Shown: piece by piece, positions 13,238 through 24,310 of the stretch
Numbering within the stretch: the stretch's first letter is position 1
Layout: every line of letters begins with the position of its first letter
Origin: Ruditapes philippinarum
Lineage: Eukaryota
Direction of reading: 5' to 3'
Assembly: GCF_026571515.1 (NCBI RefSeq)
Contig: NW_026852923.1
Coordinates: 1-64,000 of the forward strand
Length of the DNA stretch: 64,000 bases
Program-made: the position numbers and the translations under genes
The notes under the pieces: model-generated
Databases searched by the model: none
The model's input: only the letters and a program-made list of their open reading frames with translations
Told to the model about the DNA's origin: nothing

Positions 13238-14904
13238 TATTTGGGCAGACATTGACCGGTGTTAAAAGGATAGGACAAAATACTAATTCTACAACATCTT
13301 GGCGGGAATTTTGGGAATGTGCATTGATAGAGTAATTTCTTTATGATGCAATTGTTTGTAATTCTCAAATTTTAATCTCTATAGTTATTGTAAGATAATC
13401 AAGATAACAGGGAATCTAGCAAATATTGGTAGACCACATTTATGTAAAGTTGTATTGAAGGAATTAATATGTAATTATGGCCATATGTGTAGATCTTATG
13501 ATGAAATTCTTTTGTAAATTTAAAGTTTGTGCAAATTGAAAATGCTCTAAAAAGTACTGATTTTGGCTGTTCGTATTAAACTTTCTGTTTGATTTTTCTC
13601 AGACATCTAATGAATTTTGTTTCTTTGAGATTTTTGATTTTTCTTTTACAAAAATAAGTTTTATTTGTTACACATACACAGTCATATATACAAGATAAAT
13701 TGCTTTATTTATCTGTTCAGTATAATATACTGAATTTAATTACTTACTATGTGTTTTTGGTTAAATAGGGAAACTTGTAAGATGGTGTAAGAGATGCTAG
13801 ATATTTTTGATATCCTTAGGTGCAGTAACAGGTTAACTCCTTATATAATTTAATAGTAGTTAACCAGTTACTGCACTAAAGTGACATTGGGATGAACCAC
13901 TGATTAACAAAACGCTTAAACTTTCTAAAATTTTGTAAATGGATTATCCTTGCTTTGAATTTGGAACATTCAATTTAATGTAATAGGAATTTCAGTATCA
14001 GAATACAAAAATTGAGCTACCAGCAGTATAGAGCCTGGTCACACTGCAGGGACATGGAGACTGACCTGGCTGTATACTTGTTGAAAGGCATACCATTTCT
14101 TGTTGCAGAAGGTTATGGATTGTATAGATAGTACTAATTTCTTACATTATGATGTTATATCATATTTTTTTAACATTAATTTTCATTAATAAGGCAAAAA
14201 AAATTAAATAGGGCATTTACATTGGTCATCAATTTTGATAGGCCTATATCTTTTATCATTTAAACACCAGCAGAAAAATATTGACTTACCAGTGCCAGCA
14301 CCTATGTAGAGACAGGCTACTAAGTCTGTTAAACAGTAGTTGACTGGATTTGAAGCATCTTAATATCACAATGCTCTCTTAATAATAATGTATATTTTTG
14401 AGTTTGTTCAATGTTAACGATTCAGAAGGCTGTAATTTGGGACTGGTACCTGGCTCCAAATTTTATAATCTTATGCCTTGATTTGATATCTTTACAGCTA
14501 TAATAAATATAACCCATGTAAGTTATTCATTTCATCGGTCGTAGAGTCATTATGTTATATATGTGTGAATATTATACCTTTGTTTAAAAACTTTGCACAT
14601 TGTGATTTTATTTAAGGTTAAACATACATCTATGTTACATTTACATGTATTTATATTACATTACACTACATTGCATTGCATTATTTTATGAGAAGATTTC
14701 CCTTATGTTTGCTATGTAACATTAATAAAACATGACTTCTTTGTAATCTAGTGTTCAATTTAGTATATAATTATGATAATTAATATATTTTTTTTCATTT
14801 GATGAGGTGTTATGGTGTAGTAATGAATTTTTATTAAACCCATTTGGTGACAAGTAAATTTACACCCATTTTTCTTTCCTTGTCCTCGGAGGTATATGTA
14901 TGAG

Positions 14905-15128
14905 TTAACCTTTTCCCTACTGGAACCAAAAAGTGATTAGTCTTTGACACTTTGCCACCAGTAAGAGAGCCAGGCCAGCCTGCACATCTATGCTCCATAC
15001 TGTTTACTGTGTTAGGTTTAAATTTTCATCCTGACATTCCTATTATTGGGAATGGATAGGTCAAAAAATGGAAGTCATTATTGGAGCTGGACTGGTCCAT
15101 TTATGAAGTTCAGCAGATTAAGGGTTAA
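14905..15128. mobile_element. TTAA-bounded degenerate MITE
   Basis: ttaaccttttccctactg / cagcagattaagggttaa termini. Internal gccaggccagcctgcacatc and ggactggtccattt motifs are shared with other copies in the window. Confidence 0.55.
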
Positions 15129-15870
15129 ACTCACTGTCAGCACTCATAATTCAGGCATTTCATTTTGTAATAAAGTGAAATACAATTAGGGATAATCCTG
15201 CATATTAATACCTGTATATTAATTTTGTACTTTTTTAAAAGTACATTTTAGCAATATTTGTATAAAATAATGAAATCTTTAGAGAAAAACAATATGTTGG
15301 AAATATCCAATGGAATTGCTCAAGTCTGTTACTGGGATATATGTGTAATAAACTTAGCTACTATATAAAATTATCATTTAATTGAATGAAAAGAGATTTA
15401 ACACTTTCATGGATTGATGTTACCACAACATTTCTAATAATTAGACCCTTTCCCCACACTCAATCACCAAATTAAAAAACAAGAACATTAAGCCCCACCC
15501 TCTGATGAATATTTATGAGTTGACAGTATTGAATGATACTATAAAAATACACATTACACAAAGAGTCTGTGAACAAATTTACATATACAAAAATGTATGC
15601 ATAAGAATATACATGTAAAATTTGACAAACTTATGTCTTTGAGCAAATTCATTCATTTAGGTGCATTTAATGCTTATACCAAACAAAAATCATTATTTTG
15701 TTGTATTTATTTATCTTTTTTTAACTTTGCAAACTGTAAGCTCTGTTGGTATTCCATACTTTCTTATCACTTGTGATTTATGCTTCTGTTGTAAGCTGTA
15801 AGCATTTTATTCAAAGATTCTTCTTTCAGAGCATAATTATGAAGTCAGCAATTTTCCTTGAATTTTATTA

Positions 15871-16046
15871 CAGTGCAACCTCTTCAGAAGGTCAACTGAA
15901 AAGCAATTTCCAGTTTACACTGTAGACCAATATCTAGTGTACACAAATTGCCAGTGTACATCAACTGTATCAATTCCTCCCTACTTAAGACTAGACCACT
16001 AAACTTTTGGCCTCTTTAAGGATGCTGTTCTACAGAGATTGCACTG
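15871..16046. mobile_element. TA-flanked Tc1/mariner(pogo)-type MITE
   Basis: ta|cagtgcaacctct ... agagattgcactg|ta: 13-bp TIR with 1 mismatch and a TA target duplication. A decayed relative lies at ~21604-21743. Confidence 0.65.
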
Positions 16047-16104
16047 TATTTGCAATTTTACTTGGTGACAAAAATTACTTAGTAAGAAATTGCAGACATT
16101 ATTT

Positions 16105-16435
16105 TGTGACATTACTTTGTGACATTACTTTGAAACATTTTTTTCACATTATGTAGTGACATTACTTGCTTGCATTGTATAATGACATTTCTTTGTCACA
16201 TTACTAAGTGACATTTCTTTGTCACATTACCAAGTGACATTTCTTTGTCACATAACCAAGTGACATTTCTTTGTCACATTACCAAGTGACATTTCTTTGT
16301 CACATTATTCAGTGACATTACTTTGTGACATTTGTCACATTATTACAGTGACATTACATTTTCAAATTTGTCACATTACATAGTGGCATTACTTTTGTGA
16401 CATTAAATTGTGACTTTATATAGTGACATTACATT
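16105..16435. repeat. 26-bp minisatellite built from ~13-bp subunits
   Basis: gtgacatttctttgtcacattaccaa at 16208, 16234, 16260 and 16286, with an internal inverted gtgaca/tgtcac and decayed edges. Confidence 0.85.
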
Positions 16436-16884
16436 CTAACTATTTATAAACACATTACTTAGGAAATACAGCTTGTGTTCTGTTATTCCAATTTTTTCCA
16501 GCTTTTTTTTTAGTTATAATACATTATTATATACATGAATTCATATATTGTTCAATTATACAACTTGTATTTTTTGTCTGTTTTTGGATTGCATAAATTT
16601 GTGTTTTGAAATAATATTTTGATAAAAGCCTTTGTTTTAAGTTTTGATTTCAGAAAGTTGTGTTTAGATATTAAAAGATAAAGAAAATTTCTATCTGACA
16701 ATATTATAGCAGTATTCCATGCCACTCGCCCCCATAAAAAGAAACTTTAATATGACCACTGTATGGTATTAGTTCTTTTATCACTCATTCACTGTTTAGA
16801 AAAATAGTTTCCCTAGCCTAATTGGTATTCTTGCTTATTTTAAAGTTATTTTTCCCACACCTTTATTGGTTTAAAACTGGCATA

Positions 16885-17045
16885 TAGGGTTATAAAACTT
16901 TCCCAAGCTCTGTCTCTAATCAAAAGATTCTCATTGGTCAGTTTCCATTCAGTAGCAGTTTCTGACCAATCAAATGTCTGAGAAATTCTGAGATCGAGCT
17001 TATAACAAATTCTTTATAACACTGGAAACTGGTCATGGTTATTAA
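16885..17045. mobile_element. Degenerate foldback MITE
   Basis: Nested inverted motifs gttataaa/tttataac, agctc..tctc/gagatcgagct and attggtcag/ctgaccaat. Confidence 0.45.
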
Positions 17046-19049
17046 ATTCATTCTTGTAAGCAAGTTATCCAGCTTTATTGTGTTAGGTTGGTGGATCTTC
17101 TGAAGAACTGGTTCATTCCGGAAATAAATGACCTAGAAGCTTTTAAGCCTTCATGATTAATGCTTATACTTTGCTGTAATGATTTTAAAGAGTAGAAATC
17201 TGTAACTATTAAGATATTTTAACAAAACAGAATAATATTCTTAATTTCATGGGCATAAAATTGTGTGATTTTGTCAAAAATAACATTTTCATGGTTATTT
17301 TAATTTGTGAATTATCTGGGTTTTTTTTTGGAAAAAAATGCCGAAACGATATTCCAGGAGGCAAAATATATATTTCATTGGATTTTAAATTTGTGGATTG
17401 ACCAATCCACAAAAAAATGAAAAATTTATTGCCCTAAATATAAGAAAATTTTAGAGTAGCCTGGTATAGCCTCATACTGTTATTATGTGTGCCTGTGACT
17501 TAATCTCTTAACAAAAAATAAACATTGCAAGTATTTAATTGTAAACAATGTCATTTACAAATATAGGTCATTTATAAAGATACGTGATATGCCAGGAATA
17601 GGTCTTTCTTGAATGGAAATATTACAAACTTGTTGTTTCGAATTCTTGAAAAATGATACATGTAGAGCTAATTAACTGTGAGCATGTGCGAGGCTTTCAT
17701 GTTTCTCAAACACAGAATTATTGCCAGTGACTTCTGTATGAAGATTTATTTGTATTATTGATCAGATAGTGTAACAAATATAGACAGGTTAATAATTTTA
17801 TTTCTAGGGAAAGGTTAAAATACAAACGATTACAAAAATAGCGGCAAGAATCAGAAGCCATTGAGTTGATTCTAGTCTATCGAGGTTTTCAGGAATTGTG
17901 AGAAATACGTAGCCGGGAAAATTAATAATGGTTAAAAGGAGCGGTGATTGTGGTAAATACTGCGGTAAAGTTGGGGGAGGTGTACTTATTTGATGAACCA
18001 GAAATTGCGGTATATTTAAATATCAATGGGAAAAAGATATTCTTGGAATATTTTTTAAAATTTTTTGTAGGATGTCACATGACTTTTAGCAGATTTATAT
18101 AGAAAATGTACATGATTTGTACTAACTATCTTTATATTGTGGAAGTGGGAAAGGAATTAATGTGATTTTTGATGGCGATGAAAGTGTTATAATTGTTGAT
18201 AATACTTGATATAAAAGATAATTTCATCTTGAATCCCCTGAAATTAACAACGGTCCGTTCAGGGTTCTAAGCAGGGCAAATCTATTGAACACATTTAGCT
18301 TGGTTATAGGTTTAAAAAATTAATACTTTTCAGGCACTGAGAGTACGAACCCTGTGGGAGGGGGTGAAGGGGCTTTACCCATTATATATCTTTGTAAAAC
18401 CACTCATTATTTTTAGGTAATATTTCTAAATATGTATTGACTGGAAAGCAAACGGTGCAGACCAGGATCAGTGCCATCTTATCTTGGTCTGCAAAGTCAC
18501 ATGGGTAGAAGTAGGCTAGGAGTTTAAAACCAGGGTAGTGAATAAGGATTATGATTCCAGGAATACTCTTATGATGATAAAAATCCCAAAGTCCTTTAAA
18601 TATTATTTTCATTTTATATCTTTTAATACATATTTTGTTTGGTTTTGCTTTAACTGCTATATGCTATTTCTTATATAGTAGAGCTTATAAGCTTGGCAGT
18701 TTTTTGTTTGACTTGTGTGCAACTGAAACAATTATTTCCTTTTTATTATTTTCCATCACAAGTTCTGAAGAAGAAAAAAAAAATTTTAACAGATGTTCCT
18801 CTAGAATTAGCAGTCTGATTATAGAAGATTGGTTATGTTACATTTTTTGTACCCGTCCATGCAATTCTACCTTGTCAAGTATACCTTTAATTGTCATAGT
18901 GTTGTTAATGAATCTTTAAAGCACAATGTTTGTATGATAGAAAGAACATTTATGAAATTGTAATTAAATTGTTTTTATAATGTCTCTTGTTGTTGTTGTA
19001 TTTTTACTTTAGTTTGTCATTATCTATAGAAACTTAGTTGTCAGTTGTA

Positions 19050-19430
19050 AAGAAAAACTTTATTGAAGCTCAGTTATAAAGAAAAGCTTAATTGAAGCTC
19101 AGTTAAATTGAAAAGCTTTCTTGAAGCTCTGTAATAAAGAAAAGCTTCACTGAAGAAAACATTATTGAATTTAATTATAAAGGAAAGCTTTATTGAAGCT
19201 CAAATGTAAAGATAAGCTTTATTGAAGCTTACATAGAAAAAGCTTTATTGAAGCTCAGCTGTGAAAAACAAAACTTTATTGAAGGTCAGCTTCTATAAGA
19301 AAAGCTTTTTTGAAGCTCAGTTATAAAGAAAAGCCTTATTGAAGCTCAGTCTTGAATAGCTTTATTGAAGCTCAGTTAAGTTAAGAAAAGCTTCATTGAA
19401 GCTGTGTTTTAAAGAAAAGCTTTAAGCTTT
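19050..19430. repeat. ~27-bp degenerate minisatellite
   Basis: aaaagctttattgaagctcagtt repeated about 13 times. Confidence 0.85.
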
Positions 19431-19840
19431 TTTGAACTACTCTCAAGTTTCATTCCTGGCATTCAACAGCACTGGTGTCATATGAGGAGACATTTTCATC
19501 CACTCAGTAGGGCTTGATGCCTTGAGGCAGACTCTTCAACCACTAGACCGCTTCCCTTAGCCAGGGACATTAATTGCTTGAACTGTGTTCATGCCTAATT
19601 GTGTTGTGACCCTTAATGATTTTGAAACCATGATCCTAGAGTTGAGAGGCAGACACCTTAACCACTTGGCCAACTTTAAGCACAAAGATAAATAGATAAT
19701 ACAAGGTTCATGCCTTAATTTATCAAAACCAAAAATTCATCATTGCATGAAACTATTCAATTAGTTTGAAGGTCAGTGGTTCTATTTTGCTTTCTTCCTG
19801 TCTGTTTCTGAAAATAATACACAAAGGGGTAATTAATTGG

Positions 19841-20200
19841 TCTCTGTGACTGAGTGGTTAAGGTTGATAAATTTGAACCACTTGCCCCGGACACTACTGT
19901 GGGTTCAAAGCTTACAGTTGACGACTTTGAACCACTGGCCCCTCAATGCTGTTGGTTTGATAGCTATGCTTGTTGACTTTGAATCACTCACTACCTGAGA
20001 TACTTTGGAGCCTTTTATGTGAGGAAGCTAAGAATAATCTAGCTAGTTTACAGATGATTGTAGGTTCTGCTGAGGTGCCTGTTTTTGTCAGAAATCATGC
20101 AAAGAGGCCCATCTGAGATAATCCGTCACCTGGAAAACTTGAAAATCACCATATGACCATAAAAGTGCTATTACATGTATGACTTAAAATCCAAGCAACA
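19841..20200 (+). mobile_element. tRNA-derived SINE, degenerate, with duplicated head segment
   Basis: gtgactgagtggttaagg A box and gtgggttcaaagc B-box-like motif. The tttgaaccact segment occurs three times. Body tatgtgaggaagc...aaaatcaccatatgacc. Confidence 0.7.
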
Positions 20201-20294
20201 TAAGAAGTATCGCTGGAGGGGCAGTAGTTTGAAGTCAGCAACCACATCTATTCTGTTATACTTCACATGACAAAAGATCAACAATGAAAAACAA

Positions 20295-22074
20295 GACATT
20301 TTCAACTTTCAACTTTATTTAAAACAAAAAAAATTAATACAAAGAAAGCAATTGCACCAAAAGAAAGAAAACATTTCAAAAGGGAAATGTAACAATATAG
20401 TAATAGTAAATACAAACTGAATGAAATGTGTTATAAAATGCTACTCATGAAGAGTGGTGTTCTCTCAAAAAAGATCGACATGTATTTGGTTGGAAATTTA
20501 AAAAAATGATATGATCCAAGAGTACATTTGATATAGGTTCTTGGTGCACTTTTTTATACCATTCTCAACAGAGTGGTCTACATATTGTACTGACAGATAT
20601 ATTCCAGAACTCAGCAAATGTGGGTTTTCCTATCTACTCCCTGGTTATCATAAAAAAAACCTTTAATACAGTTACAACTTCTTTAATATAATGATAATAA
20701 TAACAATGTGACCATGTTAGTGCACCTTGCAGCTATAACGATAAGTTATAACATCGAGAAAGATGGGAAAAACCCACATTTGCTAATTACAGATAATATT
20801 TATTAGGGCTATATTCACCAAGTTGTAATTGTAAAAGTTTGATCAGATGGGAAAAAGCCACATTTGCCAGAACTCAAGTAAACATCTGGATGGTATATTG
20901 CAGGGACTATCAGAATACAAGCAACCTATTACCAATATATTCACCAAGTTTATATGTACCCTTGATAAGATGGGGAAAACCCAACATTTTGCTGGTGTTC
21001 AAGTTAACATCTATTACAAATATACTATATTTACCAAGTTGAACTTAAAAGTTTGTAACCGGGATAAGGTAGAAACAAAAAACACATTTGCAAAGTTCTG
21101 GAGAATCTATATCATACTTCACCAGTCTGGGATGGTTACATAATTTAAATAAAATTTAGGAAATTACACATAAGTGTTCTCTTGGTATTCAAATAAATAA
21201 GAGACATGATTAACAAAAAATGAAATGGTATTTGATGGAATGTAAATGACTGGGTTATATTAATACACAATGAAAATTGTAATGGAATATTTGTTTTAAT
21301 TAAAAACATTAACAAATTGCAAAATAAAAATAAATATATTTACATGTATTTACAATTAGGAGCTTATGACTAACTTTATGTACAGATGAAGATAATCTGA
21401 GAAATAGCATAGCACTAGCCTTTCTATTCAATGCTTAAGACAAAATAATTTCACATTCTGTCAATAAAAAGAGTAAGAATATTATTTTATACAGTCATGC
21501 CATTCTGTAGTCAAAATTAGAAAAAAAAAACTTTATGATATGTAATGGGAACAGATTTCAAAAGTTCAAGTGCACAGCCCAACAAGTGCAGCAATTTAAC
21601 TTACAGTGTAACCTCTGCAGAGCAGTCCTCTTGACAACAACTGTATTTTTTTCTTCTGTAAATTAAGACTTTCATACTACACTTTAAACAGCAACCCCTC
21701 TAAAATGCAACCCAAAGGGTGTTGCTTTTCAGAGGTTGTGCTATATTCAAATACCAAGAAAGTTAACTTTTCTATAGATCAAACTTCTCTGTATTTACCT
21801 AATTTCCTGTAAGAAAAACAGAGGTTGTAGGATTATTTTTAAAGGGAAAAAACAAAAGGAGTTTCCCTGTAATTACAGTGCTTTCTCTCTTTTCTAACTC
21901 TGGCTTATCATTTTTTGCAATATTAAATAGTTGCAAAACAATACGTTTTGCTAGTTTATCCATTGTCACCTTTGTTGTGTCAAAGGTCAATGCCATTTCT
22001 TTAAAAAAAAATTAACAAGTAGCTATGGCAACAAAAATATAAATAAATAAATAATATTGTAGTATTATCATTTT
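20295..22074 (-). other. Putative 3'UTR of the minus-strand gene
   Basis: Lies between the TAA stop (22077-22075) and the AATAAA at 20319-20314, and is U-rich on the minus strand. Confidence 0.45.
20314..20319 (-). terminator. Putative polyadenylation signal AATAAA of the minus-strand gene
   Basis: tttatt on the + strand at the edge of an A-rich (U-rich on mRNA) unique tract, 1.75 kb downstream of the stop codon. Confidence 0.45.
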
Positions 22075-22354
22075 TTACACAAGGTACATATTTGGTTTCC
22101 ATGGATACAGTTTGACTGGGCAACTTGTAACTAAGTGATTTCTTGTTGCTATGGGAGCTCTAGTTGTCATGGTATCACCAACATGTAGACTGTGTCCCAA
22201 TATTGCACTTGTCGCTGTATGTGAAGATAGACTGTGTCTAGGTGGATGAAGCCGGGCTGCAGCAGACATTGACAGACTGGGTCCCAGTGATAACAGACTG
22301 GAACTCCCTGCGATTGGCTTGACTGGAACTGGCACTTGAACAATGGATTCTGTC
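22075..22354 (-). CDS. Terminal coding exon of an unidentified gene ((R)TESIVQVPVPVKPIAGSSSLLSLGPSLSMSAAARLHPPRHS...CPVKLYPWKPNMYLV*)
   Basis: Acceptor atattttcag| at 22355. GC-elevated open frame of 92 codons plus TAA. The phase-2 start matches the phase-2 end of exon 48294-48086 (AG|G = Arg). Confidence 0.75.
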
Positions 22355-24142
22355 CTGAAAATATATCATAAATATTCTGTTGAGAAGAAATGCATGAAAA
22401 CAAAGGCTAAAGTAATGTTGTAAACCTTTAGATTAACAGACCGAGGGGCAAATGTAGCATACATCAATTCATCAGCCCATTGCCACTATTGGTATGATTC
22501 TTGAATGAAGCAAATTCTTTAAGAAAATGAAGGAATCAAACTAGCTTATAGAATGTTAAAATTGTATTTATGAATGTTCTGACAGCTGCTGATGCCAGAA
22601 ATAATATTGTAGATAGAAGGGAACCTATGACCATTATTTAAAACTGACCAGTTGCCTCCAAAAGAACACTTTACAAGATACTTATAAAATTGACCAACAG
22701 AAATTCATTCATTTGATAAAAAGGCAAAAGGAGACAAAAACAAAATTTACTTGTAAAAAAGGCAAAAATGTTTTCCCTAAAAAAAAGACAAAATCAAAAT
22801 TCACTATATAAAACCTTTTATTATATGAAAATCCCACCAAATTCACCTTTGTCAGGTGCAAGACAAGAATTTTTTCCTAGAAGGGGCAAACAAAAAAAAA
22901 ATTCACTGTAAAAAGACAAACACAAAATTCACCAATAAAATAACAAGAAATTTTACCCCCAGAAGATGCAAAACCAACAAAAAGAAGAAACCCAATATAT
23001 TTTATATCAAACCTCCAAAATATCAGCAATTTCTACAGATGTAAATATGATACAGTTAGATACAGGTAGTCTATAGATCAAGGCTATAATGTCATGAAAA
23101 TATCTCAAGGTTACTAAATCATGAAAATTCCTAACCCTAATTATTCCACATTTTTGTGGTTTACCTATATAGAGTTAAAGAGATGTTTAATACAGAATGA
23201 AAAGGTAAGGAAATCATGTCAGATAAACAATTTATAGTGTTGTGAACAAAAGAAAAGTATGTCAGTTTAAAGAGTTATAAACAAAGAAGTATATAAAAGC
23301 TGCAGACAAAGAAAAGTTAGTCAATTTAAAGACATGTGAACAAAGAGGAACAATGTAAAAGTTAGTCAATTTCAAGTCATGAAAATAGAAAAAAGAAGAT
23401 AATTTAATAAATTTCTAAATGTGAACTAAAAGAATGTAGTAAATTTATAGAGATATGAACAAAGAAATATAAGTCAACTTTCAAAATGAAATTTAAGTCA
23501 ATTTATATAGATATTATCAAAGTGAAGTTAGTGATTGACTCAGATATTTCTCAATTTATACCAGTTGTGAACAAAAAAAGTTAGTCAATGCATTTACAAA
23601 GACATGTACAAAAAAAACTTAGTCAATTGATAGTGATGTAACCAAAGATAATTAGTCAATTTATAGAGATAAGAACAAAGAAATATCAATAGAAACAAAG
23701 TATACAGATCTGTTGAATGCATATTGCAGTTAAATCGTTTTCATCATCAAATTATTTCCAAATTATATATTTATACCACACATATGATTATTTTTTAGAG
23801 TTTATTATTTATGGCTTCTTCGAAGTTCTATAATGCAATGTTTCTTTTACCTTTCTAAAAATAAAATAAGCAAAAATGGCACTGATTTGCTACTTTTTAA
23901 ACATTTTTTCCATAATTCATATTTCTATTATAGATTCCAAACTTACATACTGGTCATAAGTATAATATAAAGGAAGTTTTTCTGTCTCTCATATATTTTC
24001 CTCAGAATATATAATATTATATATACATGATTTGTACATGTTACAGTTTGTGATATACACAAAGCATTTCAAAAATTCTTACAAAATAGTCTAAGAATGG
24101 AAGACAAAATGTCTTTAATATACATGTATTCTTTTTTTCCCT

Positions 24143-24310
24143 GGTTTAGTGTTATGTTGCACTAACACAGTATAGGTCATAGGAGTTTTCCAGCTTTACT
24201 GGTGGAGGTTAGACCTCGGGTGCACCTCTGTGCATTATTTCAAGTGCAAACAGGTACCTGTATAGAACAGAGGATTGCTGGATAGCTTCCTCACATAAAA
24301 GAATCCAAAA
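24143..24310 (-). mobile_element. SINE fragment (body and tail)
   Basis: acacagtataggtcat...ttccagctttactggtggagg..gacctcgggtgc...tgcattatttca...ttcctcacataaaagaatccaa is the reverse complement of the family body. Confidence 0.75.

Noticed and set aside
22201-22222. miR-92 gene
   Set aside because: Only the first 13 nt match, no hairpin partner is visible, and it lies antisense to a coding exon. Treated as a target site instead.
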